64,000 bases of DNA from assembly GCA_963666515.2 (NCBI GenBank), contig OY762897.2:416001-480000 (forward strand), written 5' to 3'. The DNA is from Candidatus Binatia bacterium. GTDB taxonomy: Bacteria; Desulfobacterota; Binatia; UBA9968; JAJDTQ01. The notes under the pieces are model-generated. The model saw nothing but the letters and a program-made list of their open reading frames with translations, did not search any database and was not told the origin of the DNA. Shown one piece after another: positions 17,424 to 28,546 of the stretch; the first letter of the stretch is position 1; each line of letters starts with the position of its first letter. A program made the position numbers and the translations under genes.

Positions 17424-20120
17424 ATGGCCACCATCTACGTCGACGACCGGCCCTACGAGGTCGATCCCGGAAAGAACCTGCTGGAAGAGTGCCTCTCCAA
17501 GGGGCTGGACCTGCCGTACTTCTGCTGGCATCCCGCGCTGGGCTCGGTGGGCGCTTGCCGGCAATGCGCGGTCAAGCAGTACCGGGACGAGAACGACCAG
17601 CGCGGCCGCATCGTCATGGCCTGCATGACCCCGGCCATGGACGGCGCGCGCTTCTCCATCCGCGACAACGACGCGGTGCAGTTCCGCGCCGGCATCATCG
17701 AGCTGCTGATGAGCAACCACCCCCACGACTGTCCGGTGTGCGACGAGGGGGGGGAGTGCCACCTGCAGGACATGACGGTGATGACCGGCCACAACTACCG
17801 GGGCTACCGCTTCAACAAGCGCACCTTCACCAACCAGCAGTTGGGTCCGTTCATCAACCACGAGATGAACCGTTGCATCACCTGCTACCGTTGCGTGCGC
17901 TACTACCGGGACTACGCGGACGGCAAGGACCTGGACGCGTTCGCGTCGCACAACCACGTCTATTTCGGCCGCCACGAGGACGGCGCCCTGGAGAACGAGT
18001 TCAGCGGCAACCTGGTGGAGGTCTGCCCCACCGGCGTCTTCACCGACAAGACGCTGAAGGAGCACTACACCCGCAAGTGGGACCTGCAGACGGCTCCTTC
18101 CGTGTGCGCCCACTGCAGCCTCGGCTGCAACACCATCGCCGGCGAGCGTTACGGGGAGCTCCGGCGCATCCTCAACCGCTACAACGCCGAGGTCAACGGC
18201 TACTTCCTGTGCGACCGGGGCCGGTTCGGCTACGGCTTCGTCAACGGCGACAAGCGGCTGCGCCAGCCGCTGGTGCGCAGCGACGGCGAGAGCCGGACGG
18301 CGGGCGCGCCGGAGGCTCTGGCTTACGCGGCCTCGCTGTTGAAGCGGCAGTCCCGGGTCATCGGCATCGGCTCGCCGCGGGCGTCGCTGGAGGCCAACTT
18401 CGCGCTCCGCACGCTGGTGGGGGCCAGGAACTTCTTCAGCGGCATGGCGGCCGGGGAGGACCATCTGGTGGCCCGCATGTTGCGGGTGCTGCGCGGCAGC
18501 CGCGTGAGAACGCCGTCCCTGCGCGAGGTGGAGAACGCGGACGCGGTCTTCATCCTGGGCGAGGACGTCACCCAGACCGCCCCCCTGCTGGCGCTGGCGG
18601 TGCGCCAGGCGGTGAAGCAGGCGCCCAGAAGGGAGGCCATGCAGCTCCGCATCCCCCGCTGGGACGACGCGGCCCTGCGGGAGGTGATGCAGCAGCAGAA
18701 GGGGCCGCTCTACGTCGCCACCACCGGCGACACGCGGCTGGACGAGGTCGCCACCGCGAGCCTGCGCGGCGCTCCCGACGACCTGGCGCGGCTCGGGTTC
18801 GCGGTCGCCCGGGCGCTCGACGAGACCGCACCCGAGGTGGAGGGGTTGTCGGACGGCGTGCGCGCGCTGGCCGCGACCATCGCGGGCGCGTTGCGCGCGG
18901 CCGAGAGGCCGGTGCTGATCTCCGGGTCGGGTTGCGGCAGCGAGGCCGTGATCGACGCGGTGGCGCAGGTGGCCCGGGCGCTGGGGCAGGAACGGCCCGC
19001 GGACCTGTGTTTCACGGCGTCCGAGTGCAACAGCTTCGGCCTCGGCCTGCTCAACGCCATGAACACGTCGGAAGCCTTCCAGAGGGTGGAGGACGGGCAC
19101 GTGGACACCGTGGTGGTGCTGGAGAACGACCTGTACCGCCGGGCGCCCCGGGCCATGGTGGACTCCATGCTGGCGTCGGTCCATGTCATCGCCCTGGACC
19201 ACTCGGCCAGCGACACCACCGCCGGCGCCCACGTGGCGCTGCCGGCCGGTTCGTTCGCCGAGACCGAGGGCACCCTGGTGAGCAACGAGGGCCGGGCGCA
19301 GCGTTTCTACCAGGTCTACGTTCCCGAGGGAGACACGAGGCCGGGCTGGCGCTGGCTGCGCGACCTGGCCCAGGCCGCCGGACGCAACGAGCTGGCGGCC
19401 CTGGGGTCGCCGGACGATCTCCTGGCCGCGCTGGCCCGGGCGGTGCCGGTGTTCGCGCCGTTGCCCGAGAGCCTGCCCACCGCGGCGTTCCGGGTGAGCG
19501 GCGAGAAGGTGCCGCGCCTGTCGCCGCGCGCCAGCGGACGTACGGCCGTGCAGGCGGACGTGAGCGTCCACGAGCCCAAGCCGCCCGGAGACCCGGACTC
19601 ACCGCTGGCGTTCTCCATGGAGGGCTATCCCCAGCAGCCGCCGTCGCCGCTCATCACGCGGTTCTGGGCGCCGGGGTGGAACTCCGTGCAGTCGCTGAAC
19701 AAGTTCCAGGCCGAAGTGGGCGGCGCGCTGACCGGGGGCGACCCCGGAGTACGGCTGCTGGAACCCGGTCCGAACGGAGACGCGTCCTACGTCACGGACG
19801 TGCCGCCGCCGTTCGAACGGCGCGCCGGCGAGGTCCTGGTGGTGCCGCTGCATCACATATTCGGGTCGGACGAATTGAGCGCGGCCGCTCCGGCCGTGGC
19901 CCAGCGGAGCCCCGGGCCGTATGCCGCGCTGAACCCGCAGGACGCGGAGCGGTTGGGCGTGGAGGAAGGAGCGTTGGTGGAGATCGAGCTGGCCGGGGCC
20001 GCCTGCCGGTTGCCGGCGCGTCTGACCGCGGGCATGGCCGCGGGAGTTCTCGGCGTGCCCATGGGGGTCGCCGTCCAGGGCGCCGACATCCCGGCCTGGA
20101 GTCCGTGCCGCAAGGTGTGA
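17424..20120 (+). CDS. nuoG: NADH-quinone oxidoreductase subunit G (long E. coli type)
   Basis: CWHP...[27 protein letters not shown] and the N7 motif CAHCSLGC. Confidence 0.96.
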   Translation: MATIYVDDRPYEVDPGKNLLEECLSKGLDLPYFCWHPALGSVGACRQCAVKQYRDENDQRGRIVMACMTPAMDGARFSIRDNDAVQFRAGIIELLMSNHPHDCPVCDEGGECHLQDMTVMTGHNYRGYRFNKRTFTNQQLGPFINHEMNRCITCYRCVRYYRDYADGKDLDAFASHNHVYFGRHEDGALENEFSGNLVEVCPTGVFTDKTLKEHYTRKWDLQTAPSVCAHCSLGCNTIAGERYGELRRILNRYNAEVNGYFLCDRGRFGYGFVNGDKRLRQPLVRSDGESRTAGAPEALAYAASLLKRQSRVIGIGSPRASLEANFALRTLVGARNFFSGMAAGEDHLVARMLRVLRGSRVRTPSLREVENADAVFILGEDVTQTAPLLALAVRQAVKQAPRREAMQLRIPRWDDAALREVMQQQKGPLYVATTGDTRLDEVATASLRGAPDDLARLGFAVARALDETAPEVEGLSDGVRALAATIAGALRAAERPVLISGSGCGSEAVIDAVAQVARALGQERPADLCFTASECNSFGLGLLNAMNTSEAFQRVEDGHVDTVVVLENDLYRRAPRAMVDSMLASVHVIALDHSASDTTAGAHVALPAGSFAETEGTLVSNEGRAQRFYQVYVPEGDTRPGWRWLRDLAQAAGRNELAALGSPDDLLAALARAVPVFAPLPESLPTAAFRVSGEKVPRLSPRASGRTAVQADVSVHEPKPPGDPDSPLAFSMEGYPQQPPSPLITRFWAPGWNSVQSLNKFQAEVGGALTGGDPGVRLLEPGPNGDASYVTDVPPPFERRAGEVLVVPLHHIFGSDELSAAAPAVAQRSPGPYAALNPQDAERLGVEEGALVEIELAGAACRLPARLTAGMAAGVLGVPMGVAVQGADIPAWSPCRKV

Positions 20121-20121
20121 C

Positions 20122-21078
20122 GTGAAGGACGTGCTGTTGCAGATCGCCGTGGTCCTGGGGGTGCTCAACGCGCCTCTGATCCTGGCCGCGCTGCTCATCT
20201 GGCTGGAGCGGCGTTTCCTGGCGCTGCTGCAGGACCGCTACGGCCCCAACCGGGTGGGGCCGTTCGGCCTCGGCATCGTGCTGGCCGACATGATCAAGAT
20301 CTTCACCAAGGAGGACTGGGTGCCGCCGTTCGCGGACCGGACGGTGTTCACGCTGGCGCCCGCGGTCATCGTCGTCACCGGGCTCATGTCCGTGGCCGTG
20401 ATCCCCATCACCGAGACCATCGGCGTCACCGACCTCAACATCGGCCTGCTGTTCTTCCTCGCCATGTCGTCCATGGGCGTCTACAGCGTGGTGCTGGCGG
20501 GCTGGGCCTCCAACAACAAGTACGCGTTGCTGGGCGGGCTCCGGGCCTCCGCGCAGATGGTCAGCTACGAGGTCTTCATGGGCCTCTCGCTCATGGGCGT
20601 GGTGCTGATGGCGGGCTCCTTCAGCCTGCGCGAGATCGTCGAGGCGCAACGGGAGATGTGGTTCATCGTGCCGCAGTTCCTGGGCTTCGCCATCTTCTTC
20701 ATCGCCGGGCTGGCGGAGACCCACCGGCTGCCTTTCGACCTGCCCGAGGCCGAGGCCGAGCTGGTGGCGGGTTTCCACTCGGAGTACTCGGGGATGAAGT
20801 TCGGCATGTTCTTCGTCGGCGAGTACGTCGGCGTGACCGTGGTCTCGGCCATGATCGTCACGCTGTTCTTCGGCGGCTGGACCGGGCCGGTGCTGCCGGG
20901 CATCGTGTGGTTCGGGCTGAAGCTGCTGTTCTTCATCCTGGTGTTCATCACGCTGCGGGCGGCGCTGCCGCGGCCGCGCTTCGACCAGTTGATGTCTTTC
21001 GGCTGGAAGGTGCTCTTGCCGTTATCGCTGCTGAACCTGGTGGTGACGGCGGGGGTGTTGTTGCTCTTGAAGGCTTGA
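20122..21078 (+). CDS. nuoH: NADH-quinone oxidoreductase subunit H
   Basis: [11 protein letters not shown] and [11 protein letters not shown]. Confidence 0.96.
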   Translation: MKDVLLQIAVVLGVLNAPLILAALLIWLERRFLALLQDRYGPNRVGPFGLGIVLADMIKIFTKEDWVPPFADRTVFTLAPAVIVVTGLMSVAVIPITETIGVTDLNIGLLFFLAMSSMGVYSVVLAGWASNNKYALLGGLRASAQMVSYEVFMGLSLMGVVLMAGSFSLREIVEAQREMWFIVPQFLGFAIFFIAGLAETHRLPFDLPEAEAELVAGFHSEYSGMKFGMFFVGEYVGVTVVSAMIVTLFFGGWTGPVLPGIVWFGLKLLFFILVFITLRAALPRPRFDQLMSFGWKVLLPLSLLNLVVTAGVLLLLKA

Positions 21079-21088
21079 GGAGTCGCCG

Positions 21089-21604
21089 ATGTTGAGCATG
21101 CTGAGGACCATCTGGACGGTGTTTCTGCACCTTTTCCGGCGGCCCGTGACGGTGCAGTATCCGGAAGAGAAGCCGTACCTGCCGCCGCGTTACCGGGGCC
21201 GGATCATCCTCTCCCGGGACCCGGACGGCGACGAACGCTGCGTGGGCTGCTACCTCTGCTCCGCCGCCTGCCCGGTGGACTGCATCGCCCTCCAGGCCGG
21301 GGAGCGGGACGACGGACGGCGTTACCCCGAGTGGTTCCGCATCAACTTCTCGCGCTGCATCTTCTGCGGCCTGTGCGAGGAGGCTTGCCCCACCTACGCC
21401 ATCCAGCTCACCCCCGATTTCGAGCTGTGCGACTACGACCGGCAGAGCCTCGTCTACGAGAAAGAGGACCTGCTGATAAACGGCCCCGGCAAGTATCCGG
21501 GCTACAACTTCTACCGGGTCGCCGGCCTCGCCGTCAGCGGCAAGGACAAGGGCGCGTCGGAGAACGAAGACAAGCCCGTGGACGTGAAGAGTCTGCTGCC
21601 GTGA
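21089..21604 (+). CDS. nuoI: NADH-quinone oxidoreductase subunit I
   Basis: Two CxxCxxCxxxCP motifs. Confidence 0.96.
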   Translation: MLSMLRTIWTVFLHLFRRPVTVQYPEEKPYLPPRYRGRIILSRDPDGDERCVGCYLCSAACPVDCIALQAGERDDGRRYPEWFRINFSRCIFCGLCEEACPTYAIQLTPDFELCDYDRQSLVYEKEDLLINGPGKYPGYNFYRVAGLAVSGKDKGASENEDKPVDVKSLLP

Positions 21605-22116
21605 CCGTCATCTTCTACCTGGCCGCCGCGGTTGCGGTCTTCGCAACGGCCATGGTCATCACCCGCTCCAACGCGGTGCACGCGCTGTTGTACATGGTGG
21701 TGTCGCTGCTGTCGCTGGCGCTGATCTTCTTCACCCTGGGGGCGCCCTTCGTGGCGGCGCTGGAGGTGATCATCTACGCCGGCGCCATCGTGGTGCTGTT
21801 CGTGTTCGTGATCATGATGCTCAACCTGGGCGCCGAGGCCACCGCGCGCGAACGGCAATGGCTGCAGCCCCGGGCGTGGCGCGGGCCGGCAATCCTCTGC
21901 GCCGTCCTGTTCGTCGAGTTCCTGGCGCTCCTGGTGGTGGAGCCCGGCCAGGCGGGCGCCCCGGCCGCGGTGGGGGTCAAGCGCGTGGGCGCCGCGCTCT
22001 ACGGCCCCTACGTGCTGGGGGTGGAGTTGGCCGCGATGCTGCTGCTGGCCGGCCTGGTGGGGGCTTTTCACCTGGGCCGCCGGATCCCGTCGGACGGCGA
22101 GGAGGGCGAGTCCTGA
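21601..22116 (+). CDS. nuoJ: NADH-quinone oxidoreductase subunit J
   Basis: [19 protein letters not shown] overlaps the nuoI stop. Confidence 0.93.
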   Translation: MTVIFYLAAAVAVFATAMVITRSNAVHALLYMVVSLLSLALIFFTLGAPFVAALEVIIYAGAIVVLFVFVIMMLNLGAEATARERQWLQPRAWRGPAILCAVLFVEFLALLVVEPGQAGAPAAVGVKRVGAALYGPYVLGVELAAMLLLAGLVGAFHLGRRIPSDGEEGES

Positions 22117-22424
22117 TGGCCGCGGTCCCCCTGGAGCACGGCCTCGCGCTGGCCGCGGTGCTGTTCGGGCTGGGCCTGGCGGGGGTGCTGGTGCGCCGCA
22201 ACATCATCTTCGTGCTGCTGTCGCTGGAGATCATGCTCAATGCCGCGGCCCTGGCCTTCGTGGTGGCGGGCGCCCACTGGGGCCAGGCCGACGGCCAGGT
22301 CATGTTCTTCTTCATCCTGGCCATGGCCGCGGCCGAGGTGGCGGTGGGTCTGGCGCTGGTGGTGCAGATCTACCATCGCTACAACACCCTGGACGTGGAC
22401 GCCGTGAGCCGCATGAGAGGATGA
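22116..22424 (+). CDS. nuoK: NADH-quinone oxidoreductase subunit K
   Basis: RRNIIF...LEIMLN...[11 protein letters not shown]. Confidence 0.95.
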   Translation: MAAVPLEHGLALAAVLFGLGLAGVLVRRNIIFVLLSLEIMLNAAALAFVVAGAHWGQADGQVMFFFILAMAAAEVAVGLALVVQIYHRYNTLDVDAVSRMRG

Positions 22425-22425
22425 C

Positions 22426-24336
22426 ATGCTAGAGCTGCTGTGGCTGATACCCGCCCTCCCTCTCCTCGGCTTCCTCGTCCTCATGCTGGCCGGGTCGCGC
22501 CTCTCGCGCACCGAGGTGGCGTGCGTGGGCTGTGGCTCCATCGGCCTGTCCGCGGTGGTCACCCTGATCGTGGGGCTGAGCTTCATGGCCGCGCCCCCCG
22601 CCGGCGCCCGCTTCACCCAGACCCTGTGGGTGTGGGTGGACGTGGCCGGTTTTCGTCCCGCCTTCGCCTTCTACCTGGACGCGCTGTCGCTCACGATGAT
22701 CTTCGTAGTGACGTTCGTGGGCTTCCTCATCCACCTCTACTCGGTCGAGTACATGATGGAGGAGGAAGAAGGTTACAGCCGCTTCTTCGCCTACATGAAC
22801 CTGTTCGTGTGCGCCATGCTCACGCTGCTCTTGGCGGACAACCTGATGCTGCTGCTGCTGGGCTGGGAGGGCGTGGGCCTGTGCTCCTACCTGCTGATCG
22901 GCTTCTTCTACAAGGACGAGGCCAACGGACAGGCCGCCAGCAAGGCTTTCATCGTCACCCGGGTGGGAGACACCGCCATGCTGATGGCGCTCTTCCTGCT
23001 GTTCGCCGAGCTGGGCACGCTGGACATCCAGGAACTGCTCCAGCGCGCCGGACAGCAGTTCCAGCCGGGTTCCGGCTTGGCGGTGGCGGTGGCGCTGCTG
23101 CTGCTGGGCGGGGCCGTGGGCAAGTCCGCGCAGCTTCCGCTCCAGACCTGGCTTCCGGACGCCATGGCCGGCCCCACGCCGGTGAGCGCCCTGATCCACG
23201 CGGCCACCATGGTCACGGCCGGGGTCTATCTCATCGCGCGCACCCACGCGCTGTTCACCCTGGCGCCGGCGGTGCTGACGCTGGTGGCGGTCATAGGCAC
23301 ACTGACGCTGCTGATGGCGGGCTTCGCCGCGCTGGTGCAGACCGACATCAAGCGCGTGCTGGCCTACTCCACCATCAGCCAGATCGGCTACATGTTCCTG
23401 GCCCTGGGGGTGGGGGCGTGGTCCGCGGCGCTGTTCCACTTCATGATCCACGCCTTCTTCAAGGCGCTGCTGTTCCTGGGCGCGGGCGCGGTGATCATGT
23501 GCCTGCACCACGAGCAGGACATGCGCCGCATGGGCGGACTGCGCCGGCTCATGCCGTTCACCTTCTGGTGCTTCCTCATCGGCTCCGGGGCGCTGGCGGC
23601 CATCCCGGTGGTGACCGCGGGCTTCTACAGCAAGGACCTGATCATCTGGAACGCCTACAACTCGGAGATCGGCGGGGTCTGGCTCTGGGCCGGCGCCTTC
23701 GCGGGCGCGTTCCTGACCTCCATCTACACCTTCCGCATGGTGTTCCTGACCTTCTACCGGGAGGCCACCGAACGGGTGAAGAAGCTCCTGCCCATCCACC
23801 AGCCCGGGCCGTGCGTGCACATCCCGCTGGGGGTGCTGGCGGTGCTTTCCGTCGTCGCCGGGGTCATCGAGCTGCCCCACACCATGGGGAAGCTCACGCT
23901 GTTCTCTGATTTCCTGAACACGGCGCTGCCGGCGTATCACGGCGCCCCGGCGAGCTACGGCATCGAGCTTGTGTTCGAGCTGCTGGCCGCGGCCGCCTCC
24001 CTCGGCGGCATCTACCTCGTCTGGGTGCTGGTCATGGGGCCGCCCGGCGCCATGCAGCGCATCGCCGCGCTGCCCTGGGCGCCCCGGGTGGAACGGCTGT
24101 GGCTTTCGGGCTGGGGGTTCGACGCGCTGTATGACACGCTCTTCGTCCGGCCGTACCTGTGGTGCGCGCGGGTCAACAGGGACGATTTCATCGACGCCGG
24201 CTACCGCGCCGTGGCCTTCGTCACCGAGATGCTGCACTTCACGGCCACCCTGACCCAGACGGGCGCGGTGCGGTGGTACGCCACCGGCATCGCGGTGGGG
24301 GCCGTCCTGACCGTGGGACTGGTGATCCTGCTATGA
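22426..24336 (+). CDS. nuoL: NADH-quinone oxidoreductase subunit L
   Basis: GKSAQLPLQTWLPDAMAGPTPVSALIHAATMV. Confidence 0.97.
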   Translation: MLELLWLIPALPLLGFLVLMLAGSRLSRTEVACVGCGSIGLSAVVTLIVGLSFMAAPPAGARFTQTLWVWVDVAGFRPAFAFYLDALSLTMIFVVTFVGFLIHLYSVEYMMEEEEGYSRFFAYMNLFVCAMLTLLLADNLMLLLLGWEGVGLCSYLLIGFFYKDEANGQAASKAFIVTRVGDTAMLMALFLLFAELGTLDIQELLQRAGQQFQPGSGLAVAVALLLLGGAVGKSAQLPLQTWLPDAMAGPTPVSALIHAATMVTAGVYLIARTHALFTLAPAVLTLVAVIGTLTLLMAGFAALVQTDIKRVLAYSTISQIGYMFLALGVGAWSAALFHFMIHAFFKALLFLGAGAVIMCLHHEQDMRRMGGLRRLMPFTFWCFLIGSGALAAIPVVTAGFYSKDLIIWNAYNSEIGGVWLWAGAFAGAFLTSIYTFRMVFLTFYREATERVKKLLPIHQPGPCVHIPLGVLAVLSVVAGVIELPHTMGKLTLFSDFLNTALPAYHGAPASYGIELVFELLAAAASLGGIYLVWVLVMGPPGAMQRIAALPWAPRVERLWLSGWGFDALYDTLFVRPYLWCARVNRDDFIDAGYRAVAFVTEMLHFTATLTQTGAVRWYATGIAVGAVLTVGLVILL

Positions 24337-25961
24337 GCCTTGCCTGGATTCTGCTTCTGCCCCTGGCGGGCGGACTGGCGGCGTGGATCGCCGGACGCCG
24401 GAGCGACCTGTGGCCGCGCTGGATCTCGCTGGGGACGGCGCTGCTCCACCTGCTGCTCCTGCTCGTGACCTGGGGCGTCTTCTTCGCCCGCGCCGAGACC
24501 GCGGAGGGCGGCTGGCTCATGGTCTACAAGCAGCCGTGGATCCCGCAGTTGGGCATCAGCTTCCACCTGGCGGTGGACGGCCTGAGTCTGCTGCTGCTGC
24601 TCCTGACGAGCTTTCTGACCGTGCTGGCGGTGCTGACCTCGTGGACCTCGGTGACGCGGTCGGTGGGGTTCTTCCATTTCAACCTGCTGCTCATCCTCAC
24701 CGCGCTGTCGGGCGTGTTCATCGCCTTCGACCTGTTCCTGTTCTTCGCCTTCTGGGAGATCTCGCTGCTGCCGCTGTACTTCCTCATCGGCATCTGGGGC
24801 TACGAGAACCGGGTCTACGCCACCACCAAGTTCTTCATCATCACCCAGGGGAGCGGGCTGCTGATGCTGCTGGCGATCCTGGGACTGGTGGTGGTGCACT
24901 GGCAGTCCACCGGCGTCATGACCTTCGACTACCTGGAGCTGGTGGGGACGCCCATGTCGAACGCCACCGCGTGGTGGCTCATGCTGGGCTTCTTCATCGC
25001 GTTCGCGGTCAAGCTGCCGGTGGTGCCGTTCCACACGTGGCTGCCGGACGCCCACACGCAGGCGCCCACCGCCGGCAGCGTGGCGCTGGCGGGACTGGTG
25101 CTCAAGATCGGCGCCTACGGCATGCTGCGGTTCGTGATGCCGCTCTTCCCCCAGGCGGCCGCGGACTTCGCCCTCGTCGCCATGATCCTGGCGGTGGTGG
25201 GGATTCTCTACGGCGCGCTGCTGGCGCTGGGCCAGACCGACCTGAAACGCATGGTGGCCTACACCAGCATCAGCCACATGGGCTTCGTCCTGCTGGGGAT
25301 CTTCGCGTGGAACGAGCTGGCGCTCCAGGGCGCGGTGATCATCATGCTCTCCCACGGCTTCAGCGCGGCCGCCCTGTTCATGCTGGTGGGCGACCTGCAG
25401 CACCGCACGCATACGCGCGACCTCGGCCGCTTCGGCGGCCTGTGGAACGTCATACCGCGTATGGGCGGCGTCGGCCTCTTCTTCGCCATGGCCTCCTTGG
25501 GGCTGCCGGGGCTCGCGAGCTTCATCGGCGAGTTCCTGGTGCTCATGGGCGCGTTCCAGGTGAACGTGCCGCTGACGGTGCTGGCCTCGGTGGGCTTGGT
25601 GGCCGCCACCGTCTATTCGCTGTGGATGATGCAGAAGGTCTACTACGGCGCCAACACGGGGGACTGGAAACTGGACGACACCAACGGCCGGGAGATGGCG
25701 GTCATGGCGTCCCTCATCGGCGCGACGCTCTGGCTGGGGCTCTACCCGCAGCCGGTGTTGACCACTTCCGGCGACGCGCTGGCGCAGATGCGGCAATTCG
25801 CCGACAAGGCCCGCAAGGCGTCGTCGCGGGAAGTCCGCGGCGCCGAGGGCAGCCCGTCGGCGGCCTCGGCCCGCACTCCGAAGCCGCGCGTCCCGGCCGG
25901 GGACGGTCGCGAGGCCGGTACCGTCGCAGCCGCGTCGCGGGATGGAGGTAGCCTGCCGTGA
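24333..25961 (+). CDS. nuoM: NADH-quinone oxidoreductase subunit M with a low-complexity C-terminal tail
   Basis: VKLPVVPFHTWLPDAHTQAP and AYTSISHMG. ATGA overlap with nuoL. Confidence 0.95.
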   Translation: MSLAWILLLPLAGGLAAWIAGRRSDLWPRWISLGTALLHLLLLLVTWGVFFARAETAEGGWLMVYKQPWIPQLGISFHLAVDGLSLLLLLLTSFLTVLAVLTSWTSVTRSVGFFHFNLLLILTALSGVFIAFDLFLFFAFWEISLLPLYFLIGIWGYENRVYATTKFFIITQGSGLLMLLAILGLVVVHWQSTGVMTFDYLELVGTPMSNATAWWLMLGFFIAFAVKLPVVPFHTWLPDAHTQAPTAGSVALAGLVLKIGAYGMLRFVMPLFPQAAADFALVAMILAVVGILYGALLALGQTDLKRMVAYTSISHMGFVLLGIFAWNELALQGAVIIMLSHGFSAAALFMLVGDLQHRTHTRDLGRFGGLWNVIPRMGGVGLFFAMASLGLPGLASFIGEFLVLMGAFQVNVPLTVLASVGLVAATVYSLWMMQKVYYGANTGDWKLDDTNGREMAVMASLIGATLWLGLYPQPVLTTSGDALAQMRQFADKARKASSREVRGAEGSPSAASARTPKPRVPAGDGREAGTVAAASRDGGSLP

Positions 25962-27400
25962 ACGTGTTTGGCGCATTGACCCCCATCGTGCTCCTGGGGC
26001 TGACGCCGCTGGTGCTCATGCTGGTGATCTCGTTCCGGCGCGACCACCGGCTCGCCGTGCTGCTGTCCCTGGCGGGTCTGGCGCTGACGCTGGCGGTGCT
26101 GCCGGGCGCGGTCCCGAGCACCGCGCCGCCGGTGGCTCCGCTGCTGGCCATGGACGCCTACGCGCTGTTCTACATCGGGCTGCTCACCGCGGCCACCATG
26201 GTGGTGGTGGTGCTGTCGTACGGCTACCTGGAGCGCATGCCGGGGAATCGCGAGGAGTTCTACCTGCTGCTCACGCTGGCCACCTTCGGCTGCGCCGTGC
26301 TGACCGCCAGCAACCACTTCGTGTCGTTCTTCCTGGGGCTGGAGATACTGAGCGTGTCCCTCTACGGTCTGGTGGCCTATCTCCGCACCACCCGGACCGC
26401 GCTGGAGTCCGGCGTCAAGTACCTGATCCTGGCGGCGGCGTCCGCGGCCTTCCTGCTGTTCGGCATGGCGCTCATCTACGCGGACCTGGGCACCATGGAC
26501 TTCACCGCCATGACGTCGGTGCTGGCCGGCAAGGCGCGGGAACCGACCCTGCTGCTGCTCGGCGGCTTCGGCATGGTGGTCATCGGCGCCGGCTTCAAGC
26601 TGGCCGTGGTGCCGTTCCACATGTGGGCGCCGGACGTCTACCAGGGCGCGCCGACGCCGGTGACGGCCTATCTGACCACCGTGTCCAAGGGCGCCATGGT
26701 GGCGCTGCTGCTCCGCTACGGCCAGTACGGCGGACTCCTGGACTACGAGTCGGTGGCGATCGTGCTGGCCATCATCGCCGTGGCCTCCATGTTCCTCGGC
26801 AACCTCCTGGCGCTGCTGCAGGAGAACGTCAAGCGCCTGCTGGCCTACTCCTCCATCGCCCATCTCGGCTACCTGCTGGTGGCGGTGATCGCCGCCTCCC
26901 GCGAGGGCTCCCACGCGGTGACGTTCTACCTGGTGGCCTATTTCATCACCTCGCTGGGCATCTTCGGCATCATCACGGCGCTGTCGGACGAGCGCAAGGA
27001 GGCCGACGAGGTCAGCGACTACCGTGGCCTCTTCTGGCGCCGCCCCTGGGTCAGCGGCGCGTTGTCGCTGATGCTGTTCTCGCTCGCAGGCATTCCCCTC
27101 ACCGCGGGTTTCGTGGGGAAGTTCTACGTCCTCACCGCCGGCGTCCTGTCTGACCTCTGGACCCTGGTGATCCTGCTCGTGGTCAGCAGCGTCATCGGCC
27201 TCTACTACTACTTGCGCATCATCATCACCCTGTACCTGTCCGCCCCCGACGACCCGTCCTCACCCCTGCCCGCCACCCGCCGTTTCTCCCTCCCGGAGGG
27301 ACTGGTACTCGCCGGATTGACCGTGCTGCTGATCTGGTTCGGTGTCTATCCCACCACGCTCCTCGGCGCGATCCAGGCGGCTGTCGGCAGTCTTGCCTAA
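25958..27400 (+). CDS. nuoN: NADH-quinone oxidoreductase subunit N
   Basis: FKLAVVPFHMWAPDVYQGAP and KRLLAYSSIAH. Confidence 0.96.
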   Translation: MNVFGALTPIVLLGLTPLVLMLVISFRRDHRLAVLLSLAGLALTLAVLPGAVPSTAPPVAPLLAMDAYALFYIGLLTAATMVVVVLSYGYLERMPGNREEFYLLLTLATFGCAVLTASNHFVSFFLGLEILSVSLYGLVAYLRTTRTALESGVKYLILAAASAAFLLFGMALIYADLGTMDFTAMTSVLAGKAREPTLLLLGGFGMVVIGAGFKLAVVPFHMWAPDVYQGAPTPVTAYLTTVSKGAMVALLLRYGQYGGLLDYESVAIVLAIIAVASMFLGNLLALLQENVKRLLAYSSIAHLGYLLVAVIAASREGSHAVTFYLVAYFITSLGIFGIITALSDERKEADEVSDYRGLFWRRPWVSGALSLMLFSLAGIPLTAGFVGKFYVLTAGVLSDLWTLVILLVVSSVIGLYYYLRIIITLYLSAPDDPSSPLPATRRFSLPEGLVLAGLTVLLIWFGVYPTTLLGAIQAAVGSLA

Positions 27401-27431
27401 GGGACGGCGAGAGAAGGTTTTTTGTGACTCG

Positions 27432-28226
27432 TCACGGCAGCAGAGTGCCGCGCAGGACGGTGACCGCTTGTCCCGACAGCAGGACCCTTTGACCGCGGAC
27501 GGCGACCTTGACGAGGCCGCCGCGTTCCGACACTTGGCGCGCGGTGAAGGTGTCCCGGCCGAGACGGGATTTCCAGTACGGCCCCAGGCAGCAATGGGCC
27601 GACCCGGTAACGGGGTCTTCGTCAATGCCTGTCTTGGGGGCGAAGAAGCGCGACACGAAGTCAATGCCGTTGCTGTCGGCCCGCGCGGTGACGATGAAAC
27701 CGCGTGTCTCAATCTCTCCGAGACGCCGGTAGTCCGGCGTAAGTCGTTGCACGGTGCCCGGCGCGTCGACTTCGACGAGGTAGTCGAAGCGGTTCCGGCC
27801 GACGTAGGCCGGCTCGGCCCCGATGGCAGCGGTTAGTCCGTCGGGAGCGGGAACCGGCTCGGCCGGTTCCGCGGGAAAGTCCATCTCGATCCAGCCGCCG
27901 CGCAGCTTCGCCGACAACCGCCCGGAGCGGGTGTGGAAAACGGCCGGTTCTCCCGGTGGCAGGTGTCCTTCGTCCCAAAGCACATGGGCGCTCGCGAGCG
28001 TGGCGTGGCCGCACAGATCGACCTCGATCACGGGCGTGAACCAGCGCAGGTCGAACTCGCCTGAATCGCGGCGAACCAGGAAAGCGGTTTCCGACACGTT
28101 CATCTCGCGAGCTACCCGTTGCATCCACGCGGCGTCGGCAGGAGCGGACAATAGGCACACGGCAGCGGGGTTGCCGGCGAACGGTTCACCGGTGAAGGCG
28201 TCCACTTGAGTGATGGTCAGGCTCAC
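27432..28226 (-). CDS. PhzF family isomerase
   Basis: QVDAF...GNPAAV, SETAF, EVDLCGHATL and EDPVTGSAH. Confidence 0.92.
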   Translation of the reverse strand: MSLTITQVDAFTGEPFAGNPAAVCLLSAPADAAWMQRVAREMNVSETAFLVRRDSGEFDLRWFTPVIEVDLCGHATLASAHVLWDEGHLPPGEPAVFHTRSGRLSAKLRGGWIEMDFPAEPAEPVPAPDGLTAAIGAEPAYVGRNRFDYLVEVDAPGTVQRLTPDYRRLGEIETRGFIVTARADSNGIDFVSRFFAPKTGIDEDPVTGSAHCCLGPYWKSRLGRDTFTARQVSERGGLVKVAVRGQRVLLSGQAVTVLRGTLLP

Positions 28227-28390
28227 AACGACAGTTCCGGTAACCTGAGCAGTTCGTCCGCCAAGCGAGGCGGTTCAAATTCAACATCTGTTGCCGCAGG
28301 CATCGCGAGCGAGTCGACGATGCTGGCCCGCGTCTCGTCATTCCTCACCTGTTGGTTGAACTCTTTACTGGTCGTGATCTGGGGGTCCAT
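28223..28390 (-). pseudogene. Phd/YefM-like antitoxin relic with an internal in-frame deletion
   Basis: ITTSKEFNQ start and SIVDSLAMP...EFEPPRL end are present. The central GPVFITDRG-type strand is missing. Its stop overlaps the phzF start. Confidence 0.55.
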
Positions 28391-28546
28391 GTGTCGAGCC
28401 CTCCTCGCAAGTGAACATATTACCACAAACCCCCGGACGAGCCTGATTGACAGACGTGACGGACAGAGATTAACTAACTTCGTTTGCCGGTGCGGCGGCA
28501 ATGGGGCGAAGCAGCCGGCAAGCGCCTCTACGAAGGAAACACATAC

